Positions 8,692 to 17,420 of a stretch of DNA of 26,987 nt are shown here, one piece after another (position 1 is the first letter of the stretch; every line of letters starts with the position of its first letter). The DNA lies in the NCBI GenBank assembly GCA_049472315.1, contig JBLIRN010000038.1, positions 1 to 26,987 on the forward strand, given 5' to 3'. Source of the stretch: a bacterium (GTDB taxonomy: Bacteria > SZUA-182 > DTGQ01 > JAFGSM01). Made by a program: the position numbers and the translations under genes. The notes below the pieces were generated by a model. It was not told the origin of the DNA. It saw only the letters and a list, made by a program, of their open reading frames with translations, and did not search any database.

Positions 8692-9198
8692 CTAAAAATA
8701 GTAGTGGATCCCCGCACTGAGAAAGCTGTCCGCCGTCGTTCCCACGGCGTCATATTCATCGTAATTGAGAAAGCTCAATCCCAATTCCGTGGAGAACCCG
8801 AGGTTCGGCAATCCGCTGAAGAAATACTCCACGCCGAGTATCCCGCTCAATAAGAATGCCGTATCGCTGTCAGCTCCGTCAGGATCAACATTTGCGATCA
8901 TTATGCCGCCCCCGGCATAAACGTTCATGTTCTGCTCCTCTTTGACGGTGTAAAGGGCCTTCCCACCGATATTGATCATATCGACAGGGTCGCTCATGAC
9001 AAACCCAAAGACTCCCTGCAGGCAGAGCTTAGAGTCCGTATAATATTTGATCGATAGGGAATCGACACCGTAATCTCCCACGCCCAACTGGGAATTGAAT
9101 CCAACACCAAGCCGCCGTTGCAAATCCTTTGCAGCGGCATTACCGATAAATCCAACCACGAAAACCACACAAAGGATAATGATGGCTGTCTTTTTCAT
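8692..9198 (-). CDS. Small outer-membrane beta-barrel protein
   Basis: Signal peptide MKKTAII...AAA, alternating amphipathic beta-strands (VYAGGGI, LGVEYFF, LGFSTELGL) and C-terminal beta-signal AGIHYYF. Confidence 0.8.
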   Translation of the reverse strand: MKKTAIIILCVVFVVGFIGNAAAKDLQRRLGVGFNSQLGVGDYGVDSLSIKYYTDSKLCLQGVFGFVMSDPVDMINIGGKALYTVKEEQNMNVYAGGGIMIANVDPDGADSDTAFLLSGILGVEYFFSGLPNLGFSTELGLSFLNYDEYDAVGTTADSFLSAGIHYYF

Positions 9199-9497
9199 TC
9201 TGCTTGCCCCTTTGCCCCGCTCAGCACAACCCCCTCTACATAAAACCCTCTACTCTCTTGACTCCGAAACTGCAGGGAATTATGTGGGCAGGTGCGATGC
9301 GGAGGTCGTTGTTCAAAATAATGGTTGGTCGTCTAAAGCCTTCACCGATTTCATACACCCTTTGTTTTCTTCCCTTTCACCCCCTTTCATAGTTAATTAT
9401 CGGTCATCATGAATAATTCAGCCCCGCGTGTGCCTCCTGGGCAGGACATGGAGGCAATCCGGCTGCAATCATCCATGAAGCGAAAACGCCGTTTCCG

Positions 9498-9530
9498 GAC
9501 AAATAATGTCACCTGAAGACAAAATGTGTC
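9498..9530. promoter_or_regulatory. Tandem palindromes GACA-N5-TGTC, candidate upstream activator sequences
   Basis: GACAAATAATGTC (9498-9510) and GACAAAATGTGTC (9518-9530), 20 bp apart, about 80-110 bp upstream of a -24/-12 motif. Confidence 0.5.
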
Positions 9531-9606
9531 AGATTTTTTGGGATAATCCAAGAGAAAAAAGCGGGCAAAAACAACAAATACATATTCTTACAAAATAAGG
9601 GGGCCA

Positions 9607-9622
9607 TGGCATACGATTTGCT
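9607..9622 (+). promoter_or_regulatory. sigma54 (-24/-12) promoter upstream of the beta-helix gene
   Basis: TGGCAT-ACGAT-TTGCT with exact GG-N10-GC spacing. Confidence 0.7.
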
Positions 9623-9806
9623 TCTTTTAGGAGCGGTTCATTGTGCCCAAAAGGCCATTGACAAAGGTCATTGAGAAAGAAGAAGATTCTGTACAGCGTC
9701 ACGTCAGAGGGAGATACCACTGGGGTAAACGGGGGAAAGGTTATCCGGATCAGCCGGTCCATGGTTAGAGAGTCGCCCATAATCCTCAAAAAACAAGGAG
9801 GAGGCC

Positions 9807-10922
9807 ATGAAGACCATGAAACGGTGGGCCATCCCGGCGATCCTTCTGATGGTGATATGTGTACTTCCCTCCATGGTGCCAGAGGTCAACGCCCTTCAGC
9901 TTGAGGTTGGCCCGGGCAGGCTCTATTCCACCATTTCAGATGCAATCTCCATTGCGGTCGATGGAGACGTGATCACCGTGTACAGCGGGATTTACTCCGA
10001 GAATATATTCATCGAAAAGGGACTGTCCATCCAATCGGAGGGGGAGATGGCATCACCGATTATCATGCCGAAGGACCCCGAATTGCCCGTTTTCACCATC
10101 CTTGGCAGTTCGGTCCATATAACCGGGCTCACGGTTCAGGGATCGTCATCGAGCGGTATCCTGCTGAGCTGCGCCAACAATTGTACGATCGCCAACAACA
10201 AGGTGGTGAACAACGTTTATGGCATCACCCTTGAAAACTATGCGGCAGGCAATGAGATCATGCACAACGAGATACAGAATAACTATCTGGAGGGGATCAA
10301 TGTATGGTCGCATGCACGCAACAATACCATTTCGCACAATAGCGTGCTGAGAAACAACCGGGGGGTATACCTGTGGGATGCGAGGAATAATGAGATTTTC
10401 AACAACGAGATCATCAACAGCAGGACCTTCGGGATCACCCTGGCGGATGCCAGGGGAAACATCGTCTCCCACAATACGATCTCCAATATCAATAGCGCCT
10501 ACTGTATCGAAATGACCGGGGCCTGCGGCAACACCCTGTACAGCAACACCATTTCAAACAGACGATTCGGTCTCAGGATGGACGATGCCTCGAATGATAA
10601 CTGCATCTACCTGAACCATTTCATGAACACCACGGTGAGCTCCGGCGAGTCTCACAATATCTGGCATTCGCCCATGATGGTATCCTATGTGTTTAATTGG
10701 ACCATGTATAAAAGCCTTCTGGGGAATTACTGGGGCCTCTATACCGTTAGTGACAAGGACGGTGACGGCATCGGAGATGAGCCCCACCAGCCGGATCCCA
10801 TGAACGGGCTGGAAATTGACGGTACCCCCCTTTCGAGTCCCCTCGAGTTCTATGTATTCATGCAGTCGGTGGAACCGGGCAGTGGGCTCGATGCGAGGCG
10901 CACCATATCATCCGGCCGGTGA
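9807..10922 (+). CDS. Secreted right-handed parallel beta-helix protein (NosD/CASH-like)
   Basis: Signal peptide; YSTISDAI...GDVITVYSGIYSENI; repeated Asn-ladder units (NNCTIANNKVVNN.YGI.L); C-terminal GNYW....DKDGDGIGD.P; RBS AAGGAGG. Confidence 0.85.
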   Translation: MKTMKRWAIPAILLMVICVLPSMVPEVNALQLEVGPGRLYSTISDAISIAVDGDVITVYSGIYSENIFIEKGLSIQSEGEMASPIIMPKDPELPVFTILGSSVHITGLTVQGSSSSGILLSCANNCTIANNKVVNNVYGITLENYAAGNEIMHNEIQNNYLEGINVWSHARNNTISHNSVLRNNRGVYLWDARNNEIFNNEIINSRTFGITLADARGNIVSHNTISNINSAYCIEMTGACGNTLYSNTISNRRFGLRMDDASNDNCIYLNHFMNTTVSSGESHNIWHSPMMVSYVFNWTMYKSLLGNYWGLYTVSDKDGDGIGDEPHQPDPMNGLEIDGTPLSSPLEFYVFMQSVEPGSGLDARRTISSGR

Positions 10923-11012
10923 TTTCATCGGCACACCCATCCGGGATGACCCATACCGGGTGAACAATGCCCCGCAGCAAGAACTCCAGGCACCTTCACG
11001 CATGGGAAAGGT

Positions 11013-11804
11013 TCAACGCTGCAGCAGACGCCCGGCATTCCCGGACAGGACATCCTCCTTTGCCCTCTCAGGGATGGGGAGTGCCGCTATCTTTCTCACC
11101 TCCTCGTCCTGCCGCTTCCAGGGGGAGTCCGTTGCAAAGAGGATCCTGTCGAAGCCGTGTTCCCTCATGATCCTCACCAGCCATGCCTGTTCCATGTGAT
11201 CGATCACGTAGGAGGTGTCAAGGAACACCCTTTTTCCCACCAGGTATTGCTCAACCTCGTCCCAGCAATCATAGCCGCCCAGGTGAGCGGCGACGATGGT
11301 CATCGCCGGGAAGATATCGAGAACCCGGGCGATCCGCTGCGGGGTGCCATACATCGGGGGATAGAGGCCGATGTCCACGCCCGCATGGAAGAGGGCGATC
11401 ATATCGTGCCTGATAAGGGCCTCATAGAGCGGGAAAACAGCCTCCTCATCCGGGTGGAAGCGTTGATAGTCGGGGTGAAGCTTCACCCCCCGGATGCCCA
11501 GCCCCTTGATCCTCCCGAGTTCCTCGTCGATCCCCTCGAACTGCGGGTGCAGGCTCCCGAAGGAGACGATCCGCTCGTCCTGTATGCCCAGCGCCCAATT
11601 GTTGATGGAGACAACCTGGGAGGGTGTGGTGGCGATAGGCTGATTGACCGATACCGCAATCCCTGCCGCATCCATGGATCGCTTCAAATCGGCAACGGTG
11701 CCGTTCAAAAATGGCTTCACCCCCGCCTTCTCGGAGAGGAAGGCCATGGTCTTTTCCGCAATGGCGTCGGGAAACACATGGGTATGCATATCGATGATCT
11801 TCAA
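11013..11804 (-). CDS. Amidohydrolase_2-family metal-dependent hydrolase
   Basis: IDMHTH, GVKLHPDYQ, FHAG, AAHLGG, DTS and FATDSPW; the TTG start overlaps the stop of the upstream gene. Confidence 0.85.
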   Translation of the reverse strand: MKIIDMHTHVFPDAIAEKTMAFLSEKAGVKPFLNGTVADLKRSMDAAGIAVSVNQPIATTPSQVVSINNWALGIQDERIVSFGSLHPQFEGIDEELGRIKGLGIRGVKLHPDYQRFHPDEEAVFPLYEALIRHDMIALFHAGVDIGLYPPMYGTPQRIARVLDIFPAMTIVAAHLGGYDCWDEVEQYLVGKRVFLDTSYVIDHMEQAWLVRIMREHGFDRILFATDSPWKRQDEEVRKIAALPIPERAKEDVLSGNAGRLLQR

Positions 11805-12559
11805 CGGCCGTACTCTCCCTTCAGCACATACGAGAACCTGGTGAGAATCCAGAGGACCTCGCTGAAAAACCGTTTAAGGGGCAGGGGTGTGGTGACGTAT
11901 TCCACCCTCCCCGCCTTGACCGCCTCGATGACGCCGTCAACGGACCGCTCCCTGGCATATATGTACGAATAGGTGCTTGCGAAATCCTCCATCCGGTGGG
12001 CATCGGAGCACCCCACCATGGGGATGGAGAATCTCTTCGCCACCCGGACGGCGGTGCGATTCGGATTGAAAAAGCGGGTATAGAAGTGACAGTACTCGAT
12101 GGCATCAAAACAGTCGATGTTCCGCACGAGCCTCCTGCCGAGGCATACCTGCCCCTTGTAAAAGGGATGGGGGGCGATCACCAGGCACTGTGGAAATAAC
12201 CTCCGGTAATGCCTGAGGGCACGGAGACCTTCGATTGCCTCCGCATGTGGGCAGTTGTATAAAAGCACATGCCGCCTGTCAAATGATCGTTCGATTCCCG
12301 GGACCAGAACGACGCCCCGTTCCTTTGCATGGGCCCACACAGCAGGATCATGATAGAGGAAGTCGTGATAGGTGAAGGAAAGGACCTCGAATCCCATCGA
12401 TACCGCCCGATCGATGAAGTCCGCCGGGGGCATGTTCTGGGAGGTGACATGGTCCTTCCAGCGATCCCCCACGATGTGCGTGTGCAGGTCGCACTTGAGC
12501 TTGATGAATGGTTCCTGCCCGTGATCGGATGGGATCTGTGTACGATATTCCGATTCCAC
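11801..12559 (-). CDS. PHP-domain metal-dependent phosphoesterase
   Basis: CDLHTH, FTYHD, PGIE...HVLL, APHPF and GCSDAH. Confidence 0.85.
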   Translation of the reverse strand: MESEYRTQIPSDHGQEPFIKLKCDLHTHIVGDRWKDHVTSQNMPPADFIDRAVSMGFEVLSFTYHDFLYHDPAVWAHAKERGVVLVPGIERSFDRRHVLLYNCPHAEAIEGLRALRHYRRLFPQCLVIAPHPFYKGQVCLGRRLVRNIDCFDAIEYCHFYTRFFNPNRTAVRVAKRFSIPMVGCSDAHRMEDFASTYSYIYARERSVDGVIEAVKAGRVEYVTTPLPLKRFFSEVLWILTRFSYVLKGEYGR

Positions 12560-12565
12560 CGTACG

Positions 12566-14386
12566 TTACTGGGGGGTCGTTTTCTTGGGTTTTGCCGCCA
12601 GATCGGTGCGCAGATGGAGATCCCTCAACTGCTCCGGTTCCGGTTCGGAGGGTGCGCCCGTCATGAGGCATACCGCCTTCTGAGTCTTGGGGAATGCGAT
12701 TACCTCCCGGATCGAGCCTGCTCCCGCCATGATGGCGAGCATCCTGTCCAGGCCCAGGGCAATCCCGCCGTGGGGAGGGGCGCCGTACTCGAGGGCCTCC
12801 ACGAGAAAACCGAATTTCTCCTCGATCTCCTCCTGATCCATGGAAAGGCGCGCAAACATACGGCGCTGGAGGTCGGAGCGATGGATCCTGATGCTCCCGC
12901 CACCGATCTCCTGGCCGTTCAGCACGATATCATAGGACTGGGCTCGCACCCGGTCCGGCTCCGACTCGAGAAGACCCACGTCCTCCTCCATCGGTGAGGT
13001 GAACGGATGGTGCATGGCTGCATACCGTCCTATTTCCTCGTTGAATTCGAGGAGCGGAAAATCATACACCCATACGAATGAAAAGACATCAGCAGGGATC
13101 AGGTCCAGACGATCTGCAAGGTACAGACGCAATCTACCCAGGGACTCGGCGACCACCTTGGGCCGGTCCGCCACAAACAGCAGCACATCCCCCTCCTGTG
13201 CCGCCATTCGGTCGAGTATACCCTGCAACTGCGCCTGGGTAAAAAATTTGATTATGGGCGACTGCATGCCATCCTTGCTGATCTTTATCCAGGCAAGCCC
13301 CCGGGCACCGAACGGCGCGATCTTCTCAGCCAGGTTGTCCAACTCGGTCCTGCTCATCCTGGCAGCCCCCTTCGCATTGATCCCCTTCACCTGCCCGCCC
13401 TTTTCCACTGCCTGCCGGAACACCTTGAAGTCCGACTCCCCGGCCACATCGGACAGGTCGACAAGCTCCAGCCCGAACCGGGTATCGGGTGCATCCAGGC
13501 CGAACCGGGCGATCGCCTCCTGGTAGGTGAGCCGGGGAAACGGGGCATCGAAGCGAATCCCCTTTTCCTTTGAAAAGAGCAGCTTTATGAGATGTTCGGT
13601 CACCGACATGATGTCCTCCCTGCCGACAAAGGACATCTCCATATCGAGCTGGGTGAATTCGGGCTGTCGGTCCGCCCTCAGGTCCTCATCCCGGAAACAT
13701 TTAACGATCTGAAAGTAGCGGTCATACCCGGAAATCATCAGTATCTGCTTGAAAAGCTGGGGGGACTGAGGCAGGGCATAGAAATGCCCGGGGGATAACC
13801 GGCTGGGCACCAAATAGTCACGCGCCCCCTCGGGCGTGCTCTTGGTGAGAACCGGCGTTTCGATCTCCAGGAAACCCATCCCGGAAAGCTCCGATCGGAT
13901 GGCCTGATACACTCGGTGGCGAAGGATGAGGTTCTGCTGCATACGCGGTCGTCGAAGATCCAGGTAGCGGTATCTGAGGCGGAGTTCCTCCCCTGCCTTG
14001 GCATTGTCCTCGACCATGATGGGAGGGACCTTGGAATGGTTGAGGATCTTCAAGGCATGGGCCATCACCTCAATCCTTCCGGTGGCAACCTTCGGATTTT
14101 CCATGCCCTCCGGCCTGAGTCTGACCTTGCCCTCCACGGCGATGACAAATTCCGTCTTAAGGTGGTGGGCCTTGAGATGGCATGCCTGGTCCCACTCCGG
14201 ATTGAACACCACCTGGGTGATTCCCTCCCGGTCACGCAGATCGATGAATATGACCCCTCCGTGGTCTCTCCGCGTATCCACCCACCCCATAAGGGTCACG
14301 CTGCGGTCAATATCCTTATCAGACAGGGAACCGCATCCGCACGTCTTTTTCCACGCACCCAAATCTTCCAACCGCACGTCAGACAA
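12566..14386 (-). CDS. aspS: Aspartate--tRNA ligase, probably non-discriminating (Asp/Asn)
   Basis: RRDHGGVIFIDLRD, STPEGARDY, LPQSPQLFKQ, FRDEDLRADRQPEFTQ, GGGSIRIH and YGAPPHGGIALGLDR; TTG start after AAGGAGG. Confidence 0.97.
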   Translation of the reverse strand: MSDVRLEDLGAWKKTCGCGSLSDKDIDRSVTLMGWVDTRRDHGGVIFIDLRDREGITQVVFNPEWDQACHLKAHHLKTEFVIAVEGKVRLRPEGMENPKVATGRIEVMAHALKILNHSKVPPIMVEDNAKAGEELRLRYRYLDLRRPRMQQNLILRHRVYQAIRSELSGMGFLEIETPVLTKSTPEGARDYLVPSRLSPGHFYALPQSPQLFKQILMISGYDRYFQIVKCFRDEDLRADRQPEFTQLDMEMSFVGREDIMSVTEHLIKLLFSKEKGIRFDAPFPRLTYQEAIARFGLDAPDTRFGLELVDLSDVAGESDFKVFRQAVEKGGQVKGINAKGAARMSRTELDNLAEKIAPFGARGLAWIKISKDGMQSPIIKFFTQAQLQGILDRMAAQEGDVLLFVADRPKVVAESLGRLRLYLADRLDLIPADVFSFVWVYDFPLLEFNEEIGRYAAMHHPFTSPMEEDVGLLESEPDRVRAQSYDIVLNGQEIGGGSIRIHRSDLQRRMFARLSMDQEEIEEKFGFLVEALEYGAPPHGGIALGLDRMLAIMAGAGSIREVIAFPKTQKAVCLMTGAPSEPEPEQLRDLHLRTDLAAKPKKTTPQ

Positions 14387-14591
14387 TGATTGCCTCCTTA
14401 TACCAAAAAGGCCTGAATGTATACAATAATATTCTTCAATAATCTTCGCAAAGGTTGACGGCCGATATTATACGATGTTGTACCTGTAAAGGATATCTAT
14501 TGTATCGAAAAAAGGGCCTTCAAACAATAGAGAAGGCCTTACGTCCAGGAATTCTCATTCTTGACCTCTGGGCCTGCAGCAGAGGCAGACA

Positions 14592-14813
14592 TAAACGAAA
14601 AGAGGATATCGGGACAAGAATGGTTGATCCATACTGGTTTAAGTAAACGAAATGAGGATGTCGGCACATAAAAGGTTTGCGAAAGCCGGTTTAAGTAAAC
14701 GAAGTGAGGATGTCGGGACAGGAATGGTTGATCCATACTGGTTTAAGTAAACGAAGTGAGGATGTCGGGACGGATGAGATTGATCCGAGCTGGTTTAAGT
14801 AAACGAAAAGAGG
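14592..14813. repeat. 52-bp imperfect tandem repeat, about 4.3 copies, abutting the tRNA-Leu 3' end
   Basis: Units start at 14592, 14644, 14696, 14748 and 14800. Consensus TAAACGAARWGAGGATRTCGGSAC-[18 variable nt]-CYGGTTTAAG. Confidence 0.93.
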
Positions 14814-14817
14814 TAGA

Positions 14818-14903
14818 TGGTGCCGAAGAGGGGACTCGAACCCCTACGGGAATCTCCCACTGCCCCCTCAAGACAGCGTGTCTGCCAGTTCCACCACTTC
14901 GGC
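14818..14903 (-). tRNA. tRNA-Leu, anticodon GAG, encoded CCA, long variable arm
   Basis: Minus strand GCCGAAG-TGGTGGAACTGGCAGACACG-CTGTC-TTGAGGG-GGCAG-...-GGTTCGAGTCC-CCT-CTTCGGC-ACCA; the cloverleaf stems pair. Confidence 0.96.
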
Positions 14904-15146
14904 ACGTGCCTGTATTTTCCCACAGTTGAATTTGCTTATGAGGATCATGATGATCACTTCTTAAAAGAGCGATATAGATCGTTTTTATAGCATGTTTGGC
15001 GGATTTAATCAACACTCGGCCGGCACGAGCCCCTCATTGCACGATGCCCCCGGATACGATCCATATCACCGGGATCACCGGATTCATCATTGATTGAAAG
15101 GAAATAGACCGCCGTCATGCGCATCCAGGGAACGCGCGAGCGGGCC

Positions 15147-16490
15147 TCAATGGCTCGGGATCTTGAGTTTCTGTCCCACCATCAACAGCGAAGAGGAATG
15201 AAGCCCGTTGAGGTTCCGAATGATATCCAAGGAAATGCCGTACAATGAGGAGATACGCCAGAGCGTCTCCCCCTGTTTGACGACATGTATCTCATAGTCC
15301 TCTCCGGAGGCCGAAGCACCTGCAACCATCCGATAATGCTTTTCCTTGGGGGGGCATTCCCCGAGAAATTCCAGAGCGCCTTGACAGATCCTCTGGGACA
15401 TTTCCTTCTGATATTTTTTTGAGCTGAGCATTTTTATATCAGTGTGATTGCTCAAATACGCCAATTCCACGAGCACCGAGGGGATGGAGGGAGACTTGAG
15501 CACCCCGAAATTTGCGCATTTCAGCCCCTCCCTTTCCAGCCCCTTGATGCTGCCGAGTTCCCTCAAAACCTTCTCGCCAAGATCAATGCTCTCATTTATC
15601 GTGCGGGTCTGGGCCAGATCAATGAGGATGCTGTCCAAGAGGGAATCCTTCCCCAGCGGTATACCCCCGATGAGATCCGAGGCATTCTCCTTGTCAGCCA
15701 GAAGCGCGGAGGCCTCATCCGTTGCACCGTCACGCGAGAGATAATATACGGAAGTCCCGCGGGTGGTGGACTTTAGATTTGCATTCGCATGGAGGCTTAT
15801 GAAGAGATCCGCCTGAAATTTATGGGCGATCTCAATCCGTTCGCGAAGGGAGAGGAAGTAGTCTCCATCCCTGGTCAGGTACGCCTTTATTCCGGATTGA
15901 TCATTGAGCTGATCTCTCAGCATCTTTCCCACGGCAAGGACGATATCCTTCTCCCTATACCCCTCTTTGCTCAGGGCGCCGGGATCTTCTCCGCCATGCC
16001 CGGGATCGATGGCCACAATCCAGTTCGCCTTTTTCAGATCCTCGATTTCCCTCTTGGTCTCCTTTTCCTGCTGAGCATCCACGGGATGCTTGATATCGAT
16101 GACAATCCGGTCAGGCTTCATTTCATATTTCTGGAGGTAAAAAATATGGTATGAAAGTGCAATCGAGGTGGTGATTTCAGCAACAAGGGAACTGAGGGGG
16201 GACTGCAACAATCTCACCGATTCTATAAGCGATGAGTCGATATCATAGCTATCCTGGGCGGTGCTGTTGGTACAATTGCGCAGCTCAAGGGATATGTTCC
16301 GGGAATCCTTATTGTGTAGTTCCTGAAAAAGAACGGGACGGTCCAGGTCAAAGACAATCCTGGTATAACCTGGGGCGGTCCACGAACGGACCGCCATCAA
16401 CGAGGATGCCTCCGATCCCGGAACCCAAACGAGAAAAATGATCGCAATGCCGAGGAACAGTCCTAACAACTTTCTATGATACATCTTCAT
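15147..16490 (-). CDS. N-acetylmuramoyl-L-alanine amidase (AMIN + Amidase_3 + LysM)
   Basis: Signal peptide; AMIN-like TRIVFDLD...DRIVIDI; IDPGHGGEDPGA, EKD, FISLHAN and SVLVELAYLSN; C-terminal LysM HVVKQGETLWRIS...GQKLKIP. Confidence 0.93.
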   Translation of the reverse strand: MKMYHRKLLGLFLGIAIIFLVWVPGSEASSLMAVRSWTAPGYTRIVFDLDRPVLFQELHNKDSRNISLELRNCTNSTAQDSYDIDSSLIESVRLLQSPLSSLVAEITTSIALSYHIFYLQKYEMKPDRIVIDIKHPVDAQQEKETKREIEDLKKANWIVAIDPGHGGEDPGALSKEGYREKDIVLAVGKMLRDQLNDQSGIKAYLTRDGDYFLSLRERIEIAHKFQADLFISLHANANLKSTTRGTSVYYLSRDGATDEASALLADKENASDLIGGIPLGKDSLLDSILIDLAQTRTINESIDLGEKVLRELGSIKGLEREGLKCANFGVLKSPSIPSVLVELAYLSNHTDIKMLSSKKYQKEMSQRICQGALEFLGECPPKEKHYRMVAGASASGEDYEIHVVKQGETLWRISSLYGISLDIIRNLNGLHSSSLLMVGQKLKIPSH

Positions 16491-16662
16491 CCATCCAACC
16501 TTGGCTTACATTAACCCGCACAAAAATCCGAGGGATTGATTATGTATTTTTATATAATACACCTTTGGTGTAAAAGTCAACTGTTTGCATCACGATTGTT
16601 TCTGATCGCTGCCGATGAAGCATCCTCCCTACCCTTTATATCGGAAAACAAGCCGCTTATAG

Positions 16663-16691
16663 TTGACACGAATTGTGAGTGGTGATAGAAT
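16663..16691 (+). promoter_or_regulatory. Near-consensus sigma70 promoter
   Basis: TTGACA-17 nt-TAGAAT with TG-n extension. Confidence 0.75.
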
Positions 16692-16748
16692 TTACGATAA
16701 ATTGTAACTTTATGATTATATTATAATTATATTTTCATGGAGGGGGCT

Positions 16749-17405
16749 ATGAACACTCGCAAGGAAGGGATTCGATTCGTTATGGTATGTTGCTTTATCA
16801 TGATTCTCGCCGTGGCGATCATGGGAAACACAACGCCTGCCTATTCCCAGGGGCCGTACGGTCCCGGATTCGGTCCTGGTATGGGCGGTCCTGGTATGGG
16901 CGGTCCCGGTATGGGCGGTCCCGGTATGGGCGGTCCCGGCATGGGTGGCCCCGGCATGGGTGCTCAAAGGGCCTGTTGCAGCATCCCGGGCTCGGGGGGC
17001 ATGAATCTCCAGCGGGGGATTACACAGGAACCCGCTTATTGCAGGATGCTCCTCGATCGCACCGACCTCAATCTGACTCCAAAGCAGCGGGAGGACATAC
17101 GGATGCTGCAAACCAGTTACATGAAGGACACCTTCGAGCTGAGGTCGGACCTCCAAATCAACAAGATTGAACTAAGAAAGCTTCGCTTTGCTGAAAAACC
17201 TGATTTCAATGCCATCAAGACAAAACTGGAAAAGATTGCAAAGATGCAATTGGATCTTCAGGTCCGCCGCGCAAAACTGCAGCTCGATGCGGACAAGATG
17301 CTCACCAAGGAGCAAAGGGATGCACTCTATCTCTTGCCATGTTCGGGCCTTGATATAGACTGGGACGTTGCTGAGGAAAGGCCCGAGCGCGAGTCCGGTA
17401 AGTAG
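16749..17405 (+). CDS. Periplasmic Spy/CpxP/ZraP-like (LTxxQ motif) protein
   Basis: Signal peptide, Gly/Met-rich linker, LNLTPKQ and MLTKEQR motifs flanking a helical hairpin; ATG at 16749 follows GGAGGGGG. Confidence 0.78.
   Translation: MNTRKEGIRFVMVCCFIMILAVAIMGNTTPAYSQGPYGPGFGPGMGGPGMGGPGMGGPGMGGPGMGGPGMGAQRACCSIPGSGGMNLQRGITQEPAYCRMLLDRTDLNLTPKQREDIRMLQTSYMKDTFELRSDLQINKIELRKLRFAEKPDFNAIKTKLEKIAKMQLDLQVRRAKLQLDADKMLTKEQRDALYLLPCSGLDIDWDVAEERPERESGK
16872..16961 (+). repeat. Six in-frame 15-bp repeats encoding (GPGMG)6
   Basis: GGYCCYGGYATGGGY x6; differences are synonymous only. Confidence 0.9.
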
Positions 17406-17420
17406 AATGCCGTTACCTGC

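Noticed and set aside
9700..9785. c-di-GMP-I riboswitch-like words (GGTAAAC...GAAAG) in the beta-helix gene leader
   Set aside because: The GACGCAAAG junction and a pairing P2 stem are missing.
14592..14813. Canonical CRISPR array
   Set aside because: The variable blocks are only 18 nt and related to one another (two differ by one base), the repeats are degenerate, and no cas genes are present. Kept as an unexplained repeat.
14818..14903. Integrated element at tRNA-Leu
   Set aside because: No integrase and no duplicated tRNA 3' end seen in the window; the flanking genes are housekeeping.
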